DNA of 63,759 nt, counting the filler, from Bigelowiella natans CCMP2755 (Eukaryota > Protista > Cercozoa): NCBI GenBank assembly GCA_000320545.1. It is 5 parts of 5 records of this genome, joined end to end, with 100 filler letters (N's around TTAATTAATTAA, not from the genome) between each part and the next. Parts side by side here need not be neighbours in the genome. Positions count along the whole stretch, not along the records: positions 1 to 21,414 come from ADNK01002104.1; positions 21,515 to 48,074 come from ADNK01003000.1; 3 more parts are not named here. One strand, written 5' to 3'. The notes under the pieces were generated by a model. It made no database searches, was not told the DNA's origin, and was given only the letters and a program-made list of their open reading frames with translations. A program made the translations under genes and the position numbers. Position 1 is the first letter of the stretch. Each line of letters starts with the position of its first letter. Below, piece after piece: positions 11,691-26,752 of the stretch.

Positions 11691-13594
11691 TCATAGAAAC
11701 AGCTTCGCCAACCCTCTCGCCACACGGCCAATGTTCTCGTTCACCATAACCACAAGGTCCAACTCCATCACATAGGATGGGAACAGGTGGAAGGAAGCCC
11801 TGTGGATGTGGTACCATGCGTTGACTATCCGATGGTTCACCGCAAACGAAGAAACTACAAAACCATTGGCGACGATCAAACCGTCTCCACTCTCTGTCAC
11901 GATGGTGTGCTGCCCGCTCCCTCTCACCGTTCGAATACTCGTCACTTTGTCGCCGGCGAGCTCCTTCGTTGCAACTGACAACAGGTACATCCCCACTCGC
12001 ACGTTCTCGGCGTAAACAAGAGGGAATCTTCCGGCAGCAACGTTGTACGAATCACCGCAGTGTTGTGTCGTAGTGGCCCGAATGAGGTGTCGCTTTGTCA
12101 CATGAAGGTGCTGTCCTGATTCCGTCCGCAGCTCGAGAAACGACGACGATGTGGTCCCATTATTTGTGCCCATCTTCCTCCTTCTTCTGTGCGGTAAGAA
12201 CACGACCTTGGAGAACGAAGAAACTCCCACCTGCACCTCATCGCCCACTCTGACGTCTCTCATCGCCTTTGCACTTCCATCGGAGAGTGATACGATCGTG
12301 GATCCTGAAAAACAATCGTCGTCGTCGTCGTCGTCCTCATCGCCACCTTCGTTCTCGCAGAGGTTATCCAGCGTCTCGCCCCCCCTGACCGACTTCAGCA
12401 ACACCTGAGACACCAGCACAATCATAGGGTTGGTGGAGGAGGCGTTGGTATGACGTCAGAGCAAGCACATCAGGCGGCGCACAGCTGTCTCTACCCCCGC
12501 AATAATAGCGGATCACTGCCACCACTATAACACGCTGCTATATTGTCGATCATTTCTCACACCTGCCCACGATTAGCTTCACACTGAGTCCCAGGCGGTC
12601 CCTTCGGAACGACACTAGGCTCGATGACTTCGACTGTGGCCCCATCTGCTGGGTTGCGGTCTCCAGCATAGATTGAGCTCCCTCCATCAGCAGCGCTATT
12701 GTCTCGAAATTCGGAACTACCCTCCACGGATGAGTATCTAATTTTAGTATAAAATTATTAAGATTTCGAGTTTTGACGAGTGCATATCTCTCTCTCTCTC
12801 CCTCTCTCTCTCTGTGTGTGTGTGTGTGTGTGTCGACCTCAAATCTAAGTGTAGAAGGGGATAGACGATAATAATTACTGTAGCAGTAAAGACAATATGA
12901 GTATTACGCGGCCGCGATGAAGAGTCCACCCCCTCGTTGTCCAGCTGATGAGCTTACAACCACCGTATCACGTATCTCCGCGGAGTTGCTTCTCATCCAA
13001 ATGGCCCCGCCGTCGCCGTCTGCCTCGCAATTCGTGAGATTTACCCCTTCCAACACCGTGAAGGCGTTAGATATTTGAAGGCAGCCTCCATGAGGTCCAG
13101 TAGCTGCACCGTTGTCTGGGGAAATCCTGCGACATCGTTCCATGGTCACGTTGCGGATTGTGTGCGGACCAGTGCGGAGAACGAAGCCGGGACGTTGGAG
13201 TTCGCAGTCAATGATTGCGCGCGAGCTATCAGTGACCCCTGGGGCAAGTGAGAGCGTATATCCACCGTTCTGAAGTGTCAGGTTGCTGTTCTGGGGCCCT
13301 GTGTACCTAAATGTTGTTGTTGGACGTGTGTGTGAATTTCGTGCAATGCCCCCGACTTCCTCCCCGTGCACGCTATATCTACTGTCACCTTCCAGGGAGG
13401 AGGAAAAACGTCTGCCCGTTCGGATTAGCGTCCAGAGCGCTGGCTATGGAGCCATATGGAGACACCAAGCTCCCACACCCGACGCTGCAGGTCGAGGAAG
13501 GAGAGATGTACACCGAAGGCGACACACGGATGCAAAACACCGCAACAACAGCGAGCCAAGTTGGTGCACGTCTTCGAGGGAGTAGCAAAGGCAT
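11691..13594 (-). CDS. Secreted parallel beta-helix (polymorphic-membrane-protein-like GGA repeats) protein with a C-terminal Hedgehog-type Hint/Hog autoprocessing domain, ~497 aa
   Basis: Exons 13594-13389, 13306-12908, 12737-12563 and 12404-11691 join in frame with GT-AG introns. The protein has a hydrophobic N-terminus (TWLAVVAVFCIRV) and the repeats HGGCLQI, DGGAIWM, RGGGLFI and DGGSSIY. The Hint part is CFSGSTIVSLSDGSAKAMRDVRVGDEV (Cys codon 12314-12312), LHVTKRHLI (TxxH), VYAENVRVG, TIVTESGDGLIVANGFVVSSFA and an SRR-like tail. Confidence 0.85.
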
Positions 13595-14114
13595 GAATTT
13601 CTGGAGAATAATAGTGGAAATTATACTCCCTCCGAAAGTTCCTCCGTCGCGTGGCTTTTGTGTGCTGCTACATGCATGTTGGTGGTGGCACAGACGGTAG
13701 TCTGTCACGTGGCAGTCGTCATCGTATCTGAGAAGAAAGACCGAGGGAAAATGCCAATATTTCATTGTCGCACACCGAATATCACCGAGTAAACGGCGTG
13801 ATGACGACACCTCCATGCACGCTGCCAAAAGCTATTTTGCACGAATGGGTCTCTTTTCGCAGCCGAAAACATCTGAGAGCTAGCTGGTGTTGTCCGTAGT
13901 AATCTGAGCAGCAGCGGTGGTGCTCTTGACGACTTGCCAGCGTGGTTGACGTAGGTGTGGAATCGGGGCTTTTACTGGGAAAAAAGACGCGTGCCCCAAT
14001 GGCTCCTCCTCCTCCGTAAAAGCGCCCACCAGGTTCTGGCCTCCTTTTCGAAGTTTAGGATCTTGCTGCTGGCTGATTGAGATTTGTGCAATATGTGATG
14101 GTTAGAGAAGAAAC

Positions 14115-16933
<2,819 letters not shown>

Positions 16934-18353
16934 GGATGATGATGAATATATGAAGACAGCAACAACGAACAACCTAGTCAGACAGTGCACCAATCATTTC
17001 GTTACATCAATAGTACACAACGCTTGATTGGTTGTAATGCATTAATGTCTAGATGTTGCATGTGGACACACATGGCAGTTGTCAGTCATGTCTTCAACTA
17101 ACAAACTTTACAAAATGTGATGTGCATTATGTTTTTGGGGTCCTGCACGTACATGCTGGTTGTCATCAAAATTGTCGCGCATCTGATCTAGAAATTTTTG
17201 GCATTGTGTCACAACGCAAACAAACGCACATTGAGCGAGATGGATCAGATGGTTGATTGCAAGCGACTTGAGCGGTGTCCAGTCTCGTATCAGAAGTGTG
17301 AATGATGATGGACACTGCTAGCTTGTTAGGCAGAACGCATGCAATGTGCACACGTCTAGACAAGGTGTGACAGCGTGTCCACTGTGTGAGTTCAACAATT
17401 TGATCCAATTGAATTCGTTTTCAATTTCACATTCATTCAACAAGACAATGTGTGTGCACGCACACGTGCATGCGTTGAGGACAAGCTAGCTGAACGCGCC
17501 CAAAGCGGCTGAGTTAGCGGAGCGCAACCAATGCAAACCGGACCACGGAGAGACTTGACACTGAGATTGACGACAAGGGAAGCTCGATCCCTGGGGCTGA
17601 ATCTCGCAGGCAGAGGAGATCCCTGTCGATGCCACTGCACACTTCACTGGCGTCGAAAAAAAAAGAAACCACAGCAACACAGGCACAAAAAAGAGGGCAT
17701 CGGCCAGCCGGGAACGAATGAAACATTGATGACAATTTGACATTTGACACGATCTGCAGACAACACGCTGCGCTGCTAATGTGAAGACACGCCTTGAACA
17801 ACAATGTGCAACCAAAACCAGAATGAAGGTGCGGCCGTCTTGAAGACACTGGTCGAAAGGCACATGAATCAACCCACCGCAAACGGAGATTGGGAGCAAG
17901 TGGAGAATGGGAACAAGCAGGAATCGAAGGAATGAAGCAATTCTGCATGCAATTGAATGAATCAATGAAAAAACGAAGTGACTCCAAGAGGGGATCCGAA
18001 AGGATCATCGGGCATGTTGACTCATCCACACCCTCCCCAGTCTGCCTTGCAAAGCCTACGAGTAGCAAGGGAGGGAAAATTGAACGGGGAGAACAATCAG
18101 AAGAAAAAGAAGTAAATGACGATGATCGCTGGCGCAAGTAGTGATGGTAGCAGAGGGTAATTTCCGCTTGCGACATGGATTGAGAGCCTATAAACTCTAT
18201 AAAAAACTACTGGATCTAGATCAGATCTAATGACAAAAACCAGTAACTGACACGCAAGTCGACTCGTCTTCAGAATAGATCTAATACGCAAAAGTCAAAA
18301 AGATCTCATCATGTGGTGACACAAGGGTAACCCCCAAGGCATGTGTTGAGGTA

Positions 18354-18809
18354 ATGGGTTTTCGGAAGGCGTTGCCGTGCATCAGCATGCTGCATGCTGG
18401 TGGGCGAGGATGCTACGCGACACCGCTTGCCCCAATTCTACTAGTCTCTTTCTTCCTAATACCCCTTCGCGGAGAGCCGAACTCTATAGCCTACAGATTT
18501 GGACCAGGAGCAGGAGCATACGACATAGTGCCTGACCCTAACAATCCTGCTGGGATCTACGCTCTCGGTGGCCGACGGATTTTAAAATACGATAGTACGG
18601 GGCCGGGTGCTTTTATTTCAACAGCCTTCCAGTTCGTTTCAGGAGCATCAGTAGATGGCCCGGCAGGAATAGCGACAATATCGACAGCTTATTCGTTCGC
18701 CATCGATTCGACTGGAAGCACATTCTACATTGCAGACACAGTGTGTACCCTCCTAAATTGAAATACATTCATACGTGTTTACACATATTATATGTGTCCC
18801 ATAAATACG

Positions 18810-18850
<41 letters not shown>

Positions 18851-19046
18851 GAATTATGTGAATATGAATTCCATTCTGTGGATTTATAGACATAAACGGA
18901 CACCATCGATCAGTCGTCAGCACACATCTATCTTCATTTATCTTTCCATTGTAAATTAGTTTGGATACAGGATTCGGAAATTAAACCTTACCGAAGGCCA
19001 GGTAGTTGTAGTAGAAGAAGTAAAAGTAGTCGTGGTAGTAGTTGCT

Positions 19047-19079
<33 letters not shown>

Positions 19080-19879
19080 TTGGTAGCAGTGGTGGTGTTG
19101 GTAATACCGGGGAGCGACTCACAGCTCAATTTTCATTCTCCACACCCTAATATCGACACTACAATGATGTGATTTTGGGTCTGTTATTTGTGATCAAGGT
19201 GACGGCTATCGTGGGAAACGGCACAATGGGAACAGGGACAATAGACGGCCCTGGAACTTCTATCACTATTGGCAAACCGCACGGCATTGATACTCGCGTT
19301 GATGAAAGCGGAAACTTTCTCATCTACTACTCCGATGCGGTAAAAATGAAAACATTCGTATTTCTTATCTAGGTGTACTGTGTGGCCATCATCACCACCT
19401 TATCATTATAATCATCATCATCTTCATCAATCACCATCAGACCGGAGGTAGAATCAAGCTCTACAATGAAACCAATGGAGGCCAGGTGACAAATCTCGCT
19501 GGAAGCGTAATCGGCTTTGAAGATGGCCCGGCATCAAGTGCCAAGATATACTCAATTTATGGCCTCCAAGTCACCAACGATGGAGACACCATGTATGTGC
19601 AAAAATCGATTACGAATGCAGTTATTCGTTCCTTGCCTTTTTCAATCCTAGAAGAAAAGTTGCGACTGCTAAACTCATCATTTTGCTCGTTGCAGATACT
19701 TTTGTGATCGCAATGCTGACCGAGTACGAAAGCTTGAAGCAGTACATATGGGAGCACCACTCGCGCAGGTAGTCTTCTTTCCGCCTTAGTAGTAGTAGTA
19801 GTAGTAGTAGTAGTAGCAGTGGTCGTAGCAGCAGAAGTAGTAGTAATAGTAATATAATAGTAATAGTAGAAGTAGTAAT

Positions 19880-19914
<35 letters not shown>

Positions 19915-20653
19915 CATAGCCTCGTGAACAAACTAGGTGAAGTACTATTAAACATTGAATTTCGCTAGAAGGTGTACCTCGTAGCAAAAGCTATGAGGGA
20001 GAGCAAATTGCGTGCTGTTTCTTCGTGCTATAAATGTGTCCTTTTTGGTCTGAAGATAAGATAATAGAGAAATAATCACCTGAGATGAGTTTGTTTGTGT
20101 CCTATAGGTGACAACAGTTGCCGGAAACGGCGCCAGAGCAACCGTTGACGGGTATAGAGTGCATAATATGATAGGGATATTAGTTGATGTGTTTTTCAAA
20201 TGGTGATACGAGAAAACTCCGATTATTTAATTCGTTGTCCCAAAGCATATCCAGCCGTGAGTTGAATTCATCGTTATCAGGGCTGTCAACCCTAACCGCT
20301 TTCGATCTTGTTCTTCATATCATTTTTGTAACGTTCAACGTAGCATTGCCAGCAATCAAGCTTTATCGATGTAGAGAGTGATTATAATGATTGTGCTCTT
20401 GGCATGCTAGGTATTCAGCACATATGTTCTTCCCAGTCTATCTGGCTCTCGACGAGTAATTTGTAGAAGAGAGATACTACTGCTGCTTTCTCGCCTAAAA
20501 CGAAGAATAATATATTGATCACAGTCGCTAACATTCCTTGATTTATTTTATCAACTTCAATCTTGGACCCTAACAAGAGTGTTGATGAATGCTTTGTGCA
20601 GGGCGAATAACAAGCTTTTCGTCTCTCAAATGGTTCGATCGATATACCAATAG
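18354..20653 (+). CDS. NHL-repeat (beta-propeller) secreted or surface protein; 3' end uncertain, possibly truncated
   Basis: A signal-like segment is followed by the repeats AIDSTGSTFYIADT-FGYRIRKLNL, VTAIVGNGTMGTGTIDGPG, VTNLAGSVIGFEDGPASSAKI, YFCDRNADRVRKL and VTTVAGNGARATVDG across ~8 exons. Confidence 0.8.
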
Positions 20654-20859
20654 TTATTTGTTAGAAGTGGAGATTCGTCTCATCTTTAGCAGCAACGAAA
20701 TGAGCCAAAACACAGATACAAAAAATAGGAATAATAGATTATTCTGCACCGCTACGCACATGAGTAGAAAAGGTGACAATGGAATTGTAACATCCCAAAT
20801 AATTGTGGGTGTGGTGTCCCGCGTGGATGACAACAAACGTAGCACACCAGCTGTAAAGT

Positions 20860-21414
20860 GATGCTTGATCACATCAGCAAGGAAGGGAAATACTGCACGA
20901 CTGTGTTTTGTTATCAAGTATTTGTCTGTCTACTTATGACCCCGCTTTCCCCTCCCACCTCCTACGATACAAATACTACTCTTCCCTAGATAAAAATGAA
21001 TCATACATGCAGACACCCATCCACAAAACCTCCCGCCCCATTACCGCGTTCTCCAGCAGGCACAGGAAGTGGCACTTCGTCGTATTCCCTTACGGCCTAA
21101 GCATATCAGGGGATGCGTTCAGTAGTCAGAACTACAGGGCATACACACATGATGGGATGGCGTCTGTGTTGTGGGTGTTTGTGTTTGTGTATGTGGATGA
21201 TGACATAATATGTACCAACACAGTCGTCGCTCAGATCTTCCTCCTGGAAATATATTTATTAGGTTTGCACACTTCGGTTTTACTATTAGACTGCAGAAGT
21301 GTACATTCCTAGCTACAAGAATCAGTGGTGTGGATATTACCTGGAGCAAGGCCGCATCACCCCAAACCCCGCAGAAGTAGCAGCACTACACCAAGCCCCT
21401 AAACCTAAGAATGC
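20860..21414 (+). mobile_element. Degenerate Ty3/Gypsy LTR-retrotransposon reverse transcriptase fragment, frameshifted and truncated by the gap
   Basis: Motifs in order: RKGNTARLCF, KYYSSLDKNESYMQTPIHKTSRPITAF, FVVFPYGLS, VFVYVDD, (frameshift) RFAHFGFTIRLQKCTF, (frameshift) WCGYYLEQGRITPNPAEVAALHQAPKPKN. This follows the Gypsy RT order LD..GY.Q / TAF / PFGL / YxDD / KC.F / G.P.P.KV.AI..P.P. Confidence 0.85.
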
Positions 21415-21514
21415 NNNNNNNNNNNNNNNNNNNNNNNNNNNNNNNNNNNNNNNNNNNNTTAATTAATTAANNNNNNNNNNNNNNNNNNNNNNNNNNNNNN
21501 NNNNNNNNNNNNNN
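21415..21514. other. Assembly gap spacer (N44-TTAATTAATTAA-N44)
   Basis: N runs flank a linker with stop codons in all six frames. Confidence 0.98.
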
Positions 21515-21965
21515 GAGGAGGAGGAGGAGCGGGCTTGGTAGAGGCAGAAGGCGGAGGAGAGCACGTGCGTAGATGTTCTTCTTGTTGGTGCTGCTGCTCC
21601 TGCTGCTGGTTGCGATCACCCTCTCCCATGGTCGGCTCCTGATGTGTTTCAACCTCAACCAAACTGTTCTCTGACAACTGCCGCTGCTGCTGCTGTTTTT
21701 GACCATCCTCTCTCATGACCGGCTCCTGATGTGTCATCGCTGGCTGCTGCTCTCCGGCGTCGTCGCCGCTCTGGTTTGCAACTTCAACAACACTGTTATC
21801 TGACAAGCCTTTCCTCGCGGCCTCGGCAGCCTCCCCCGCCCCTTCTTTCCTCACTTCTTCGCTGTCATCTCCTCGCCTCCGCAGCTGCTGGTACTGCTCC
21901 CCCCCCCCCTGTGCCTGTTGCTCCTCACGACCTGCTCCGACTCTTCCACCGCGATTGTGTTTCAA

Positions 21966-22002
<37 letters not shown>

Positions 22003-22194
22003 CCGTCGCCGAAAGGATGATAATAGCCGTTTGCCTTTTCTCTCTCTGCTGCGGCATCATGAGCGCCTCTGACACAGCCCAAACCCAAGCGGAACGACGC
22101 AAAATGGCCCGGGGGCACAGCTTCAGGGAGAGGAATCTTGCGATTATACCGGCAGCGGCACTCGTCCCTTGATGGTTGTTTCGAGAGTTTACGG

Positions 22195-22240
<46 letters not shown>

Positions 22241-23398
22241 AATACATATATTAATATATGAAATATACACAGCAGGTCAGGAGATAATCTTCTTCATGCG
22301 AAACCCTCTTCACAAGAGGGGCGGTTCCTCAGCACACCATATTGCATAGGCATACAAATGCGTGGTAGGCTGGCTGCTACCAAGGCGTAAGGAAAGCAAT
22401 GCTCAAGATGATGCAGCAGCAGCAGCAGCAGGCAGCAGCAGCAGCAGGTGCCGACGCGAAGAACGGAAGAAGATGAAACACAAGTCGGGGTGATGGAGGA
22501 GGAGAAAAGCCACGCACCTCATCTGAATATAGTCGTCATATCCGAGGAGAAACCCGCTTTGCTCCCCGTCCAAACTTCGTTGGTACCTCTTCATTTTCAC
22601 AAAGCGGAGCGTGTCTAGAGGAATCGCCCACTGCCCCTGAAGCGTCTGAGACGAGTACTGTCGGAAGATGCGGGAATGCAGTGAAGTCTCGACGTGGAGG
22701 TTGAGAATCGCGTATTCTTCCACCCCCCCTCCCTTCTTCGATGATGATGGTGATGAGGAGGGGGAGGAGGAGGAGGAGGATGGTGCAAGCTTGACTTTGA
22801 AGATATCCACCACCCGACCTGTGTGAATGTATCACACAACAATGAAAGTAAACATATTTATACACACGCACACGCACACGCACACGCACACACGCACACA
22901 CATATAAATCAATTTGATTTGGCTACTAAAAACTACTATTACTACTACTACTACTACTACTACTACTAGTAGTAGTATTAATGCTACCGAGGACAACAGG
23001 GTTGTTGATGATAGAGTCAGGGATAGAGCAGTCATAGCCGTCGTTATGATGGTATGCGAATGCACCTATGCGTTGTCATCACCATCACCATCATCGTCGT
23101 CATCATCATCATCGTCATCAACCGTCAATCGTCAATTTTTATTATTACAACCATCAGTAGAAATATTAGTGGTAGCAGCAGTTGTTGCATCAGCTGTGCC
23201 GACCACCACTCATTGTTCGTTCTGCGGATAACTCTTGCATAATATATATATATATATATATATATATGTTTGTTTTAGGAATGATGATTAGTATCATCAT
23301 TCGTCCTACTACACGGCCTGGTAGCGCTATGGTCACACACACACACACACATGCACATATGCACACACATGCACACACGCATACACCCATACACCACC

Positions 23399-23430
<32 letters not shown>

Positions 23431-26400
23431 GAAGAAGAAGAAGAAGAAAAAGAACCACAACCACACCAGACCTTTGCCCTTGTCAGGAGGCATCTTCACC
23501 GCCTCCACCCGCGACGACGACGACGATGATGATGATGATGGCGCTAGTGCTAACGCCGATGGGGGGGGCTGTGACAGACGCATTGATGATCTTCCAGGCA
23601 GATTCGTCGAGAGGGGGATAGGAGCGTAACTGCCACTGTTAATGCTACTGCTTCTCCTCTTCAGAATCGTGCTCTGCTGTTCCATATCACGGTTGGTTGA
23701 ATGGTCCCTATATCGTCCTCGGGGCGCATCATTAGGTTGAGAGTGCAGGTGACGGCTGCGGCTGCTGCTGCCGTTGCTTGTGATATCGGCCATACGGCGA
23801 TTGGGATGGGGAAGCTGGGTGGACGCGCGTCGCCTCCCCCCCCACCCCCTCCTTCTTCTTTGCTACTGCTGCTGCTGGTGGTGGTGGTGGTGGTGGGTCT
23901 GTTGTTGCTGTTGTGGCAGCATGAGCCATGGTATTTATCTCCGCTCTGAAAGAGGATTATGATATCATCAGCGCAATCACAATCGATGTCAGCAATCAAT
24001 TCGTTATCCAAACCGCATCTTGGGCTTTCTAACCCCCCCCCCCCCCTCCCCTCCCCTCCCCCTCTTTCATTTTCTCTAATCTATGTTCAACGAGTGTAAT
24101 GAGAGGGGAGAGGGACTCACCTCGTGATTCCGCGTCTAAGTGGAATTCTCCGGCGCTTCTTCCGATTACTATTCATCTGGTCTAGACGCGGTTGTGTCGG
24201 AGCTGCCATATCCTTGCTGTTATAGACGCCCTCTTGGCGATGATGATGATGATCCATCCTCGTCTTCATGCTTTTTTTCTTTACCCCCTCCTCATGCTCG
24301 TCCCCCCCCCCCACCCCCTTTTCGACAGGAGCGCTCATCCTGGCCAGGGTGGTAGTTGGAGGGGGGATATTGGTCTGGTGACGGCTGCTAGGAGTCTTCT
24401 TTCTCCTCTTTTTGTGGGAGATCGAAGAGGGTGGCTTGGCGAGGGAAAAAGAAGAAGAAGATGATGATGATGATGACGCTGTCGTCGATGAAGCGCAACC
24501 TCCAACCCCCTTCTTAGTATTTCTCGTCTTGTTTGACGGTCTTCTCATCATCGCAGCGCGAGCATCATTACTGGCACCCCCTCCCCTCCTCTTTTCACTG
24601 TTTTTCTTCTTGATTAGCAGGAGGGGTAGGTCGTCGTCATCGTCGTCGTCATTGTCGTCGTTGTTGTCATCCATACTATCAGAAATCGCCCTCCCCCCCC
24701 TCCTCCCCTTTTTGTTCTTCTGACCACCACCATCATCGCCCTTCTCACTGCGACTCCTGCCTTCTACCCCGGTTCGTCGTGCTGCTGGGGTCTCCCCCCC
24801 CCCCCCCCCCTACTACAACTGCTGCTGCTGCTGCTGCTCGAGAACAAGAAGCTTTTCCCCTCCCCACCGTGCCCTCTTCTCCTCCTCCCCCAAGATTCCC
24901 ACACGATTTTGAGGGGGAAATAGAGGCTCGTCATCATCGTCGTCATCATCGTCGCTCTCCTCTATGTCTACTACTACTGCTGCTGCTGCTGCTGCTAGAG
25001 AAACAGAGGCTTTTCCCCTCCCCACCGTGGCCTCTCCTCCTCCCCCCCCTCCTACACGATTTTGAGGGGGAAATAGAGGCTCGTCATCATCGTCGTCATC
25101 ATCGTCGCTCTCCTCTGTTACTTCCTTATCGCTCAAATAGCTACGACCCGAAGTGGTAAGAGGCAGCTTCTTCTTCTTCTTCTTCTTCTTCTTGCTCTCA
25201 GCAACGCCTTTGCTCATTACGGCGCTTGCTTTCCGACCCCCTTTTCCCCCCTTGCGAGTGGCTGGTGAAACATCATTTCTGCTGGCAGTATCCCCCCTGC
25301 CAACAACGGCACTTGTCGTGTGTTGATTGTGTCGCTGCTGCTGCTGCTGCTGCTCCTCCTCCTCCTCCTCCTCCTGCTGCTGCTGCTGTACATGCGGTCG
25401 TCCATAGCTGCTGCTGAGTCGTCGTAGGCACTTCTTGCTGGCCCTGTATGTTCCACATCCCTGCCCGGTGCCACGTCTCTTCTTCGCCAAGGCCGCACAG
25501 AAAGCGCAAAGATCGCGATTGTCGTCATTTTTTGGCTGCTGGAGACCCTCGTCCCCCGCTGGCTGCTGCTGCTGCTGCGGTTTCGTGTTCTTCACCCTCG
25601 TCGTCGTTTTTTGCTTCAGCTTTGAACTCATATCCTGCGTCCCGTGCTTTCGAGAGACTTTATTTTTTGTCTCCACCCCAGACTGCTGTCTCCCAGGCTC
25701 GCTCTGCTCCTCCTTCCTCACGCCCTCTTCGCCGCCAACATCTCTCCTCTTTCCCTCCCCAAGGTTATCATCTAGTCGCTGAAGAGAGTCTTCTCTAATC
25801 CTGAGATCATTCTGAGCACAAAAAGTGATGCTGCTGTTCTTCTTCTTGGCTTTGTCCACGTCGCACAATACCCCGTAGTACTTGCCATACTTATCTTTCC
25901 ACCTGAACGATAGGTTTGTTGGGGGTGACAACGGTAACAGCGCAAACACCGATTTATTGACAATGTGCACAACCACTGCAGACGACGACGACGACGACAA
26001 ACGATGAACACTGATATCACTCTCCATCGTAAGTCGGTTATCACCGTTATAGCTAATCATCATTACAATACTCTCTCTTCTCCTAGTATTGTTGTCTTTC
26101 TTCTTATTATTATTCTTCTGTGTTTCATACTTGGTTCTCTTGATTGTGCCAGAATACCACACCCCTTGATACCAGCACTCGACGCGTTTCCCAACCTCCA
26201 GCAGCGCCTCCCTTACCGCGGTCCGAGCTAGCTCCTCGTCAGGGTACACCGCGTCACCGTTTTCCAGAAGGACATGCTACGATTATACGCGCGCGCGTGT
26301 GTGTGTGTGTGTGTGCGTTTGCTGTAATTAGAAGGCGATTCTTCCCCTTTTTATTATCTTCACTTCCTTCGCTACCAAGCTATTCTCTCAGCATAACTGG

Positions 26401-26752
26401 GCTACGAAACGATGGGCAGCTCAAAGTGACCGAATGGCCCAGTTAAATAAGAATTGCAACGTACCCAAGCCCAAGTGCCCTCAACGAGATAAGGTTTATT
26501 CCCGACGATTATCCCATGGAGGGCCTTCTTCTTCGCAATCCATAAGACCTTCCTCCCATCACGAGGTGCGTAGCTCTGACCGAAGATGTGCTTTCGGAAC
26601 GCCTTCTCCGGCTCCGTCAGGTTATCTTGACTGGCGTCGTCATTTGCCATACTCGTCGTTTCTCTCTCCCTCGTCATTGACTCCTCATCTGCAGCAGGTA
26701 CTTCATCCAAGGCAGCTGCGCCACCCTGAGGCGCGAATGTAGTTAAGGTCAA
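21515..26752 (-). CDS. Large low-complexity protein with N-terminal Tudor/SH3-like domains; multi-exon, runs into the gap
   Basis: Exon peptides include DGRKVLWIAKKKALHGIIVGNKPYLVEGTWAWVRC and LEVGKRVECWYQGVWYSGTIK...YYGVLCDVDK. These are followed by long Q/E/S/D-rich tracts and a globular block (YAILNLHVETSLHSRIFRQY...GFLLGYDDYIQM). Start and exon boundaries are uncertain. Confidence 0.5.
24851..25116. repeat. Imperfect direct duplication of a ~110-bp unit (period ~159 bp) inside the coding region
   Basis: gcttttcccctccccaccgtg...cacgattttgagggggaaatagaggctcgtcatcatcgtcgtcatcatcgtcgctctcctct occurs twice and encodes EESDDDDDDDDEPLFPPQNRVG twice. Confidence 0.9.

Noticed and set aside
17190-18055. 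CpG-methylation decay as the cause of the TG/CA enrichment
   Set aside because: CpG remains frequent in these patches while TpA is the missing dinucleotide.
17437-18176. Several long overlapping ORFs on both strands, one with IDDNLTFDT faintly like a non-LTR RT tail
   Set aside because: ORF length is explained by TpA loss removing TAA/TAG stops. No convincing domain is present.
21397-21410. ccctaaacctaa telomere-like motif before the gap
   Set aside because: Only two imperfect units, and they are explained as Gypsy RT codons (APKPK).
21459-21470. TTAATTAATTAA palindrome repeated four times in the window
   Set aside because: It is always embedded in N runs, so it is an artificial scaffolding linker.
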